From assembly GCA_964567795.1 (NCBI GenBank), contig CAZMOR010000043.1:1-47258 (forward strand): DNA of 47,258 nucleotides, in the 5' to 3' direction. The notes beneath the pieces were generated by a model. The model searched no databases. It was not told the origin of the DNA and saw only the letters and a list, made by a program, of their open reading frames with translations. Source of the stretch: an uncultured Verrucomicrobiota bacterium. Its GTDB lineage: Bacteria > Verrucomicrobiota > Kiritimatiellia > CAIQIC01 > Lenti-01. Each line of letters opens with the position of its first letter. The first letter of the stretch is position 1. Both the position numbers and the translations under genes were made by a program. Positions 19,828 to 27,580 of this stretch are shown here, one piece after another.

Positions 19828-20576
19828 GTCTCCCCCGGCGGTTTGCGGAGAACGACCGTGCGGAAGAAATCGCGGAGCATTCGGCGGTGCAGGTACCTGA
19901 AATTGCGCATGAATTTCCAGACGTGCCAGTAGCGGGAAACGCCGCACGCCCGGAAACGCGCCGCTGCAGCCGCCGGCAGGACCGCAACGGGCTGGGCCGG
20001 GTGGATGAACTCGTAATCAACGCCCGTGCCATGCCGGGAAGGGGGAATGGTGCAGAAGCAATACTCGCCGCGCACATCAATACCGCGGGCCACGCAGTCA
20101 TGGGTGGCCGGGATGAAGGGGCAGGACTCCGGCATGCGGTAGAACAAGTGGAAGCCGCCGCCGCCTGTCCGGACAGCCAAGGTCGGCGGCAGTTGGCATT
20201 CCCGGATCAATGTCTTGGCGGATTCAAAATCGTCCAGGTCGATCACCACCAGATTGAAGCGCTTTCCGGTCCGCACTCCGAAATTGAACCGGGCCAGCAA
20301 ATCCGGATCCCGGCGCAGCCGGGCATAGGAGGACAGGCGCGGGAAAAAATAGTGGCTCAGCGAAACCGGCAATTTGGCCGCCAATTTGCGGGTCCGGGCC
20401 GACATCCAAGGCCGGTCCTTCGCGAGCAGAATCAAAGTCAGCCCGCGTTTTTCATAGAAATCAAGGTAATCGCGCGTCGTTTCCAGCCGGGGAATGCCGG
20501 CGGACCCCGGCGGTGGCGGCGAACCGGCCGGCAACCAGTCGGGAATCGCTTGAACGCTGGCGGGATTCACGGTCAT
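19824..20576 (-). CDS. Stand-alone archaeo-eukaryotic primase (AEP) Prim-Pol domain protein
   Basis: 250 aa from the ATG at 20576, which lies 1 nt after the wzt stop. The three AEP motifs appear in order: NLVVIDLDDFE, TGGGGFHLFYRM, GIDVRGEYCFCTIPPSRHGTGVDYEF. The TTG at 20633 listed in the track is a less likely start. Confidence 0.7.
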   Translation of the reverse strand: MTVNPASVQAIPDWLPAGSPPPPGSAGIPRLETTRDYLDFYEKRGLTLILLAKDRPWMSARTRKLAAKLPVSLSHYFFPRLSSYARLRRDPDLLARFNFGVRTGKRFNLVVIDLDDFESAKTLIRECQLPPTLAVRTGGGGFHLFYRMPESCPFIPATHDCVARGIDVRGEYCFCTIPPSRHGTGVDYEFIHPAQPVAVLPAAAAARFRACGVSRYWHVWKFMRNFRYLHRRMLRDFFRTVVLRKPPGET

Positions 20577-20577
20577 G

Positions 20578-21897
20578 TCACCCGGGAGTGGCGGATTCCG
20601 GCGGCAGCGCCTCGAATCGGATGAGGGGCGCAATCGCCCCCGGCCGGGCCACGATCCAGTGAGGCGAATCGCTCAGCCCGCCGTGGACATGGAACTTGAC
20701 CGACGGGGCGTCGACCCGGGGGCGGCAGATCCATTCAGAATGGTGCAGGTTCGCCGTCAACTCGATCCGGTAGGTGCCTTCGTTGAGCAGGTGCGGGGGG
20801 ATCCAGGCCACCAGCCGATTGTGTCCCGCCCGGATGGGCGGCCAGCGGGAAGGCTCCGAGTCCGTGTGTTTCGTGATAAACACGGAATCGCCATTGGCGG
20901 TAATGAGTTCGAAGCCCAAGGTCAAATCCGGGCGGGGCGTGCGGCTCACACCCTCGATCAGCACGCCGACCAGTTCGTCGGCGCGCGCGTCGCGGTGCAG
21001 AAGTTCACCTTTCCCGTCCGCGATGGCCAGGCGGGTCGGCTGGAAATAGGGATTGCCCCCGGTCACATCCGCGGCGCGCCATTCGGCTTCGCCGGCATTG
21101 AAATCCATGTAGCGGCCGACCAGTTCTTCGGTATCGCCGGCGGCCACCAACCGGCCCTGGTCCAACCACAAACAGCGCGTGCACATGTTCCGCACGGCAT
21201 TCATCTGGTGGCTGACGAACAGGACCGTCCGCCCTTCGCTGGCCACCGCCCCCATCTTGCCCATGCATTTTTTCTGAAAGGCGGCATCGCCGACGGCCAG
21301 AACCTCGTCCACGATCAGGATTTCGGTTTCCAGGTGGGCGGCGACGGCGAACGCGAGCCGCACCATCATGCCGCTGGAGTAGCGCTTGACGGGCGTGTCC
21401 ATGAAGCGCTCGACCTCGGCGAAGGCGACGATTTCGTCGAATTTGCGGTCGATTTCGGCTTTCTTCATGCCCAGGATCGTGCCGTTCATGTACACGTTTT
21501 CACGCCCGGTCAGGTCGGGATGGAAGCCGGTGCCCACTTCCAGCAGGGAACCCCAGCGGCCTTCAATCGTGGCTTCGCCGCTGGTGGGTTCGGTGATCCG
21601 GCTTAAAATTTTCAGCAGGGTGGATTTTCCGGCGCCGTTGCGGCCGATGATGCCCACCACATCGCCCTGGTGGACATCGAAACTGACGTCGTCCAGCGCC
21701 CAGAAGAGTTCGCGCCCTGGGGGGCCGGACCGGGAGGCGAGTCCACCAGGCCGGATCTTGCCCATGTGTTCCACGGGATTGCGGCCGCGCAGGCGGTGCC
21801 ACCAGAACTGGATTTCGTCCTGCAGCGTTTGGCGGCCGATGGTGCCCAGGCGATAGGCCTTGGACAGGTTGCGGACTTGGATGACGGGTTGGCTCAT
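20578..21897 (-). CDS. wzt: Polysaccharide ABC exporter ATP-binding protein with C-terminal glycan-binding (Wzt_C-like) domain
   Basis: It has Walker A (GRNGAGKSTLLK), an ABC signature (YSSGMMVRLAF), Walker B (ILIVDEVLAVGD) and an N-terminal TagH/Wzt-type QDEIQFWW segment. About 170 extra C-terminal residues are beta-rich. Confidence 0.9.
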   Translation of the reverse strand: MSQPVIQVRNLSKAYRLGTIGRQTLQDEIQFWWHRLRGRNPVEHMGKIRPGGLASRSGPPGRELFWALDDVSFDVHQGDVVGIIGRNGAGKSTLLKILSRITEPTSGEATIEGRWGSLLEVGTGFHPDLTGRENVYMNGTILGMKKAEIDRKFDEIVAFAEVERFMDTPVKRYSSGMMVRLAFAVAAHLETEILIVDEVLAVGDAAFQKKCMGKMGAVASEGRTVLFVSHQMNAVRNMCTRCLWLDQGRLVAAGDTEELVGRYMDFNAGEAEWRAADVTGGNPYFQPTRLAIADGKGELLHRDARADELVGVLIEGVSRTPRPDLTLGFELITANGDSVFITKHTDSEPSRWPPIRAGHNRLVAWIPPHLLNEGTYRIELTANLHHSEWICRPRVDAPSVKFHVHGGLSDSPHWIVARPGAIAPLIRFEALPPESATPG

Positions 21898-21909
21898 GGC
21901 GGATCCGGT

Positions 21910-22746
21910 TTACACGATGTCGATGAAGGTTCGTTGCACTTTGTTGAACATCAGCAGTCCCGTGACAAACAGCAGCGCCCCGGCCGCCAGGCCCGAGCCG
22001 AGGAGGACCAGGTCCGCCGCACCGGTGCCCAGGAAGGCGCGCCGGGCGAACACTACCACGCAGGACATGGGATTCACGTACACCACCCACATCCACTTCG
22101 CCGGCACGTTGGTCGTGGAATAGACGATGGGGGTCGCGAACATCCAGAGCTGCGACAGGAAGGCCAGGGCATAGCGCAGATCGCGGTATTTGGCCGTCAG
22201 GGAGGCCAACCAGAGTCCGGCGCCCATGCCGGTCAGGGTGCACTGGAGCAGCAGGACCGGCACCAATGCCAACCAATGGTTGGGCTGGAGTACCGAACCG
22301 GGCCGGCTGTAGAAGTAGAAATAGAAGCCCAGGAACATGAGCAGGTTGAGGACAAACTGCTCCAGGCTCTTGATGGCCAGTGAAAGGGGAACAATGAGCC
22401 GCGGGAAATACACCTTGCCGAAGATGCTGGCGTTGCCAACGAACGTGTTCGAAATGTCGTTGAGGCAGCCCTGGAAAAAGGTCCAGAACACCATCCCGCT
22501 CATATAGAACAGGAAAGGCGGCATGCCGTCGGTGCCCACCTTGGCGATGTTGCCAAAGACCACGGTGAAGACCAGGGTCGTGGCCAGCGGCTGCAGGACG
22601 AACCACAGCGGCCCGAGGATGCTCTGCTTGTATTGCGTGGTGAAATCCCGGCGCACCAGGAACCAGAGCAGGTCGCGGTATTCCGCGATCTCCCGCCAGG
22701 GAATGGTCCACCAAGGCTGGTTGGCGCTAATGCGGGTGCGGTGCAT
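21910..22746 (-). CDS. wzm: Polysaccharide ABC exporter permease (ABC-2 type)
   Basis: The ATG at 22746 is preceded by GGGAG. WREIAEYRDLLWFLVRRDFTTQYKQSILGPLWFVLQPL is the typical ABC-2 N-terminal signature, followed by 6 hydrophobic helices. The TTG at 22764 in the track is less likely. Confidence 0.85.
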   Translation of the reverse strand: MHRTRISANQPWWTIPWREIAEYRDLLWFLVRRDFTTQYKQSILGPLWFVLQPLATTLVFTVVFGNIAKVGTDGMPPFLFYMSGMVFWTFFQGCLNDISNTFVGNASIFGKVYFPRLIVPLSLAIKSLEQFVLNLLMFLGFYFYFYSRPGSVLQPNHWLALVPVLLLQCTLTGMGAGLWLASLTAKYRDLRYALAFLSQLWMFATPIVYSTTNVPAKWMWVVYVNPMSCVVVFARRAFLGTGAADLVLLGSGLAAGALLFVTGLLMFNKVQRTFIDIV

Positions 22747-22760
22747 GCGCGGGCTCCCGT

Positions 22761-23288
22761 TCAACCGGATTTCTGCCGCAGCAGATCCAGATACCGCCGG
22801 TTGCGCCCGGGACGTTCCCGGGTGGTCGCGGACGACTCCGTCCAGAAATGATCCTCCCCGCGCCCGAGGGCCCGGCCCCGCGCGGTGTGCTTATCCAGCG
22901 CGTAGTCGGGAATCTCCTTTCGCCCGAGCAGGCCTTTCTGGAGACAATGGTAGAGTTCGTCCACCATGCGGTCCTTGGGCGCCGCCGCCAGATAGGTCGC
23001 CCCCATCAACCCGTAGAGAAACCGCTCCGTGCGTCCGGCGGGGAATTCGAAATAGGCCGCGCGCAAGGTCGCCACGACGACCACGGCCTGGGGATCGGCC
23101 AGCCCGACATCCTCCGCGGCGATGGTGGCCAACCGGCTCCAGAGCTTGGACTCAAGCTCGGAAAGGATCATTTCATAGGCCCAGTAGGCGGCCTCTTCGA
23201 CCTGGCCGCGGCGGATTTCCTTCTGCAAGGCCGAAATGACCTCGTCGGCCACATAGCCGTTCTTGGTTTTGACGGTCGCATAGTTCAT
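22761..23288 (-). CDS. RarA/MgsA C-terminal helical domain-only protein (no AAA+ module)
   Basis: 175 aa. ISALQKEIRRG, RLATIAAEDVGLADPQA and GATYLAAAPKD match my recollection of the conserved blocks of the RarA/MgsA C-terminal domain (E. coli: ISALHKS.RGS, ASEDVGNADP, YLA.APKSN). There is no Walker A/B. A strong RBS (GGAGGAGG) precedes the ATG at 23288. Confidence 0.6.
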   Translation of the reverse strand: MNYATVKTKNGYVADEVISALQKEIRRGQVEEAAYWAYEMILSELESKLWSRLATIAAEDVGLADPQAVVVVATLRAAYFEFPAGRTERFLYGLMGATYLAAAPKDRMVDELYHCLQKGLLGRKEIPDYALDKHTARGRALGRGEDHFWTESSATTRERPGRNRRYLDLLRQKSG

Positions 23289-23309
23289 GGCGGTCTTCCT
23301 CCTCCGGGT

Positions 23310-23828
23310 TCATTTGCGCCGGGTCAGCCGGCGCACGATGGGGTTGGACAACAATGCGCCGAACCGCTTGTGCAGCTGGCGTGAACGGGTCAGGCGGCTG
23401 TTCAGGAAGTCCCATTCGGCCGCATCGATCGCGCCGGCGGATTGCTGCAGCAGTTCCAAGGCGTCGTCGAGCGCGGTGCCTGCGGCATCGAATTTCCGCC
23501 GCAACAAGGCCAGGACGCCTTCCTGCAGCGCCGTGCCGATGTTTTCCGCGGTGCGGTAATAGCTCTTGCGGTCGCCCTGCTTCCAGGCCCGGCGCACCAG
23601 CCCCAGATGTTCGAGCTGCCGCGAGGCTATGCTGACCGCGGCCTTGCTCAATCCCAGGTCCGCCTCGATGCGGTCCAGAGGACATTCGCCGGCCGTGAGG
23701 TAGAGATACACCAGGACCTGGCCCAGCGTCCGCCCCAGCCCCAGATCCTGGGAAGTGGCGCCCCCGGCCTGCACCAGGCGCTGCTTCACCGCCGCGCTGC
23801 CCGTCGTTTTTCTCGTGGATGTGGCCAT
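23310..23828 (-). CDS. GbsR/MarR-family winged-helix transcriptional regulator
   Basis: 172 aa. LGLGRTLGQVLVYLYLTAGECPLDRIEADLGLSKAAVSIASRQLEHLGLVRRAWKQGDRKSYY is a GbsR-type wHTH. It is the first gene after the promoter-like region. Confidence 0.7.
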   Translation of the reverse strand: MATSTRKTTGSAAVKQRLVQAGGATSQDLGLGRTLGQVLVYLYLTAGECPLDRIEADLGLSKAAVSIASRQLEHLGLVRRAWKQGDRKSYYRTAENIGTALQEGVLALLRRKFDAAGTALDDALELLQQSAGAIDAAEWDFLNSRLTRSRQLHKRFGALLSNPIVRRLTRRK

Positions 23829-23834
23829 GGATTA

Positions 23835-23882
23835 AACTTTTATCGTTTTATAAAAGTTATAGAATCCGCAAAAGCTTGTCAA
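23835..23882 (-). promoter_or_regulatory. Sigma70-like promoter with overlapping palindromic operator for the regulator/glycan operon
   Basis: On the minus strand: TTGACA (23882-23877), a 15-nt spacer, TATAAC (23861-23856). This is followed and overlapped by a perfect 9-bp inverted repeat, AACTTTTAT (23835-23843) / ATAAAAGTT (23850-23858). The region is an AT-rich island in a GC-rich genome, 7 nt upstream of the regulator ATG. Confidence 0.5.
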
Positions 23883-23973
23883 TCTCCCGTTCCGCGCCGG
23901 CGCATAGGGGGCGCGGTCGTGCATGAAAACGCCCAGCGGAAATCCGCGCTCGCCTGCGGGCGCACAAGGCTGT

Positions 23974-26900
23974 TCAAGGAGCCACGGGGTTCACTTCGAT
24001 TTCGCGAACGGCAGGTGGCGGCTCCCCGGGGGCCGCCGGGAAGAGGAACCAGAAGTAATTCGCGGTCACAGGGCCGAGCTCCAATTCGGGTTCCAGTTCA
24101 AACCAATCACGGGCGTCGTCGCTGGCGAGCGTCAAGACACCCAGCGGGGAACCCGGGGCGAACTGCACGTCCACCGCGTGGACCTCTACGGGCGCGGCGT
24201 AGCCAAGGCAAATCCATGAGCCCCGATTGCCAGCCGCCTGCCAGGTGGTATTAAGATCACCGTCTACCGCCGCCCAGCCGGCTCCGGGAATACGCGCCTC
24301 CTCCGACGACAGCACCGTATCCGGCGCGCGCCGGGTGGTCGTCCACACGGTTTTGGCCTGGGTCATTTTCCGGCCCGCACCCCCGCCGGCCATGATTTCG
24401 ATGCCGTTGAACTGGGCGCTGTCCACCGAGGCCACCCCCTGGATCTGCAGGCCTCCGCTGACCGCCACGTTCTCGAAGGTCTTGGCCACGGCCCGGTTCC
24501 CCCCCCCCGCCTCCTGGTAAATGTCGAAGTTGGTCAACTTCGTTTGGCCCTCGATCGCAACATTGAATATCCGCTGGCCGGCCGCTTTGGCGTACGACTC
24601 CGCGAAGTGCAGCCGGATCGTATAGGTCCCGTCCGGCACGTCCGCAAAGCTGTAGGTCAGGGTCGGCGCATAGCGCCGCGTCTGGTACACGGCCTCGGGC
24701 GCATTCGTCGCATTGGCCATGGCCACGGTCGTGGACTTGGCCGTCCCGCCCGAATACGCCGTGTCCGCCACCCAGTCCCCGGCCAGCGCCCCCCCGCCGC
24801 AGTTGACCTTGCGCGAAAATGCCGGCGCGTCGTTGTCCTGTTCCGTCGCGGTTACGCTGGCGGCGGTGTAGCCGGATGCCGTGCACTGGATCGCGGCCGT
24901 GCCCCCGGTGGTGTCGGCATCATCGGCCGCGGCCAGCGTCACAGTCTGGTCGACGGCGTAATTCGCCGCCGTGAACACCAGGCTCTCGCCGCCGGAAACG
25001 GTGAGATCGGTGTCGCCGCTGGCGCGGGTGACACTCACGGTGATCGCACTGGCCGGCGCGGTGTCCAAATGCACGCCGAAGGTGGCCGTGGCGCCCTCCG
25101 CCACCGTCACCTGCGAAACACTCGTCACGATGGCCGGCACCGGCGGGCCCGCCGATTCGATTTCGATGCCATTGAACTGGGCGCTGTCCACCGAGGCCAC
25201 CCCTTGGATCTGCAGACCTCCGCTGACCGCCACGTTTTCGATGGTCTTGACGACGGCCCGGTTCTTCCCCCCCGCCTCCTGGAAGATGTCGAAGTTGGTC
25301 AGCTGGGTCTGGCCCTCGATCGCGACATTGAATCTCCGCTGACCGGCCGCGTTGGAGTATAATTCCGCGAAGTGCAGCCGGATCGTGTAGGTTCCGTCCG
25401 GCACGTCCGCAAAGCTATAGGTCAATGTTGAAGCATTGCGCCGGGTCTGGTACACGGCCTGGGGCGCATTCGTCGCATTGGCCATGGCCACGGTCGTGGA
25501 CTTGGCCGTACCGCCCGAATACCCCGTGTCCGCCACCCAGTCCCCGTCCTGCGCCCCCCCGCCGCAGTTGACCTTGCGCAAAAATGCCGGCGCGCGGTCG
25601 AATTCGGCCAGCAGGGATTGTGCGGTCGTCATGGAAACCGTGACCGTCGGTGAGAAACTATTGGGAATTCCGGTCCACCGGACAAATCGATATCCCGGAT
25701 CGGGGATGGCCAGAATCGTCACATTGGTGCCGCGCGGGAACCACCCGCTGGCCACCGTGACCGCGCCGCTGCCCTGAGCCGCCGTCGCCAGCCAGTAGTT
25801 CGTCCGCCACAGCCAGGTGACCGAGGAATTGCTGGCCAACCCGAACGGTCCCGTGTCGATGCCCGCCCCGCTGGCCGGCGCGCTGCCGGTGCCCGACCAG
25901 CCCGTGCAGACATACTGGGTGGTTCCGCCCAACACGACCGGCGAAGCCGCCAGGGCGACATTCGTCACCGTATCCTTCTGCAACCAGTTCGTGCCGGCCG
26001 GCGGCGTCGAAATGCCATAGCTGCTCCGCACCACGAGGGAGTTGGTCGCCATAGCGAATTCCGCGGTAAGGGTTTTTGCCGCCGTCATGAAGACGGTAAA
26101 CGTCTGCGAATAAGCCACGAAGGTCCCGGTCCACCGGACAAACTTGTAACCCGGGTCGGGAATCGCCTGAATCACCACGTTGCTGCCCTTGGCAAACCAC
26201 CCGCTGGCGGCACCGCTGACCGAACCGCCCGCCGTGGCCGCCAATTCAAGCCAGTAGTTCGTGCGCCACAGCCAGGAAACCGTCGTATTGTTGGTGACCG
26301 TGAACGTCCCGGTATCCAAGTCGGTTCCGCTGGCTGGCTCGCTGCCGCTCCGGGTCCAGCCGGTGCAGACGTATTGGGTCGCCCCGCCGATCGTCACCGG
26401 CGAACCCGCCAGGCTGGCGTTCGTCACCGTCCCCTTTCGCATCCAGTTTGTGCCCGCCGGCGCCGGTGCGCCATAGGCGCTCCAGATTTTCAAATAGGGA
26501 CTTGCTGATTGCGACACGCCGAAGGCCCGGCTGGCCCCGTTGTTGGAAATATAGATCGAACCGTAGCGGGAGGGGCCGACATTCTCGGCCACATTGTAGG
26601 TCACCGTGCCGTTGCCCGTGCCGCCGCCGCCGGTGACGGTGATCCAATCCCGGTTCGGGTTGGCCGTCCAAGCCAGCTTGGTGACCACTGAAAACGTATT
26701 TCCAACCGCCCCGGCATCGGCGATTTGCGCGCTGGTGGGCTTCAACGAGAAGATTTGGATTTTGGCGGCGAACGTCTGGGCGATGAGTTCCGCGCCGGCA
26801 TCGTTCGGATGGAAATTATCGGAGGTGAACAACCCGGAGCCCGAGCCGAAGGCGGCTTCGATGTCGGCGAGATCGATGCCGTTGGCGGCGGCGCGGCTGC

Positions 26901-27348
26901 GGAGATAACTGTTGAACTGGTGCACGCGGGACATGTAGCTGGACCGGGAGCCGATCTGGGGCGGCACCGTTCCGATCACCGGGGTGGCGCCGTAGGCCCG
27001 GGCCCGCAAGGCGATCTGGATGACGCAATTGGCCGCGTCCGAAAGATCGTGGTTGGGGGAATTAATGTCGTTGGTGCCGTATAAAATGAGGACATTCATC
27101 GGATCATATTGGGTCAGCAGCCCGTCAATGGCCCGCAATCCATAGGAGCAAGACACCCCGCCAACCCCGGCATTGACGGTTGAATAACCCGTATTGTTGG
27201 ACAAACGGGTCGGATAGGGAATGGACACCCCGTACCCCCAGGTGATGCTATCCCCGGCGCAAAGCACCGCCGTTGCCGACCAGGCTGGCTGCAGGCTCAA
27301 GGCCAGCCAGAATACACACACCCGCATGACCCATGATCGCATTGCCAT
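23974..27348 (-). CDS. Secreted multidomain carbohydrate esterase/lectin: SGNH hydrolase, BACON-like, 2x InlB-B-repeat module, malectin, Calx-beta-like, malectin, F5/8 type C (discoidin)
   Basis: The ATG at 27348 is preceded by GAGGAG. Signal peptide: MAMRSWVMRVCVFWLALSLQPAWSA. SGNH blocks: CAGDSITWGYG, NAGVGG, LYGTNDIN, FHPNDAG. BACON-like: DWITVTGGGGTGNGTVTYNVAEN. InlB-B-like, twice: QYVCTGW..SG..W.WRTNYWL...IPDPGY.FVRWTG. Malectin, twice: KVNCGGG...DWVADT.YSGG...YQTRR...TY.F. Discoidin-like C-terminus: WAAVDGDLNTTWQA. The 104 residues upstream in the track ORF are an over-extension. Confidence 0.85.
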   Translation of the reverse strand: MAMRSWVMRVCVFWLALSLQPAWSATAVLCAGDSITWGYGVSIPYPTRLSNNTGYSTVNAGVGGVSCSYGLRAIDGLLTQYDPMNVLILYGTNDINSPNHDLSDAANCVIQIALRARAYGATPVIGTVPPQIGSRSSYMSRVHQFNSYLRSRAAANGIDLADIEAAFGSGSGLFTSDNFHPNDAGAELIAQTFAAKIQIFSLKPTSAQIADAGAVGNTFSVVTKLAWTANPNRDWITVTGGGGTGNGTVTYNVAENVGPSRYGSIYISNNGASRAFGVSQSASPYLKIWSAYGAPAPAGTNWMRKGTVTNASLAGSPVTIGGATQYVCTGWTRSGSEPASGTDLDTGTFTVTNNTTVSWLWRTNYWLELAATAGGSVSGAASGWFAKGSNVVIQAIPDPGYKFVRWTGTFVAYSQTFTVFMTAAKTLTAEFAMATNSLVVRSSYGISTPPAGTNWLQKDTVTNVALAASPVVLGGTTQYVCTGWSGTGSAPASGAGIDTGPFGLASNSSVTWLWRTNYWLATAAQGSGAVTVASGWFPRGTNVTILAIPDPGYRFVRWTGIPNSFSPTVTVSMTTAQSLLAEFDRAPAFLRKVNCGGGAQDGDWVADTGYSGGTAKSTTVAMANATNAPQAVYQTRRNASTLTYSFADVPDGTYTIRLHFAELYSNAAGQRRFNVAIEGQTQLTNFDIFQEAGGKNRAVVKTIENVAVSGGLQIQGVASVDSAQFNGIEIESAGPPVPAIVTSVSQVTVAEGATATFGVHLDTAPASAITVSVTRASGDTDLTVSGGESLVFTAANYAVDQTVTLAAADDADTTGGTAAIQCTASGYTAASVTATEQDNDAPAFSRKVNCGGGALAGDWVADTAYSGGTAKSTTVAMANATNAPEAVYQTRRYAPTLTYSFADVPDGTYTIRLHFAESYAKAAGQRIFNVAIEGQTKLTNFDIYQEAGGGNRAVAKTFENVAVSGGLQIQGVASVDSAQFNGIEIMAGGGAGRKMTQAKTVWTTTRRAPDTVLSSEEARIPGAGWAAVDGDLNTTWQAAGNRGSWICLGYAAPVEVHAVDVQFAPGSPLGVLTLASDDARDWFELEPELELGPVTANYFWFLFPAAPGEPPPAVREIEVNPVAP
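24394..24829. repeat. Intragenic direct repeat, copy A (malectin-domain coding segment)
   Basis: Aligns without gaps to 25159..25594 (offset 765 bp = 255 codons), with roughly nine in ten positions identical by eye and an identical run of more than 40 nt (ggcgcattcgtcgcattggccatggccacggtcgtggacttggccgt). Confidence 0.9.
25159..25594. repeat. Intragenic direct repeat, copy B (malectin-domain coding segment)
   Basis: Partner of 24394..24829. See copy A. Confidence 0.9.
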
Positions 27349-27580
27349 AAAATCCGGTCTCCTCAATGTCAAATGGCGGGCAGTCAACCCAAGCCACCGC
27401 GCTAGACAGCAACTTTTAAGCATTTTACCGTTCAAATCAAATAATATTGAAGGAAACCCGGATTTTTCAAATTCGGCTCGAACCCCCGCTCCGCTTGCAT
27501 GATTCGGCCCGGCGCGGCGGTCACATGCTCTTCTCATGGGGTTGACTTGACCGGAAAATCGGGCAGTCTTTCTGGGATAT

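Noticed and set aside
17584-19932. 782-aa plus-strand ORF. The same applies to similar long ORFs at 552..1760, 5163..6764, 7955..9304, 12486..13649, 13496..14728, 15502..16932, 15681..16775, 32924..34588, 34012..35037 and others
   Set aside because: All are antisense to, or frame-shifted relative to, genes with clear family signatures (GT2, GT4, pseudopilins, CotH). They have Arg/Gly/Pro/Ala-dominated compositions typical of non-coding frames in GC-rich DNA.
19824-20576. Prim-Pol gene as a marker of an integrated plasmid, phage or other mobile element
   Set aside because: There is no integrase, helicase, replication or att-like repeats nearby. Codon usage matches the neighbouring glycosyltransferases, and the gene is start/stop-coupled on both sides. 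A very ancient capture cannot be excluded (see the finding).
27349-27580. AT-rich divergent intergenic region searched for promoters, palindromes or an sRNA
   Set aside because: I found only weak elements: TCAA-ataata-TTGA, TTGACT boxes without a convincing -10 at proper spacing, and no stable hairpin with a U-tract. It is probably a divergent promoter region, but I cannot place specific sites.
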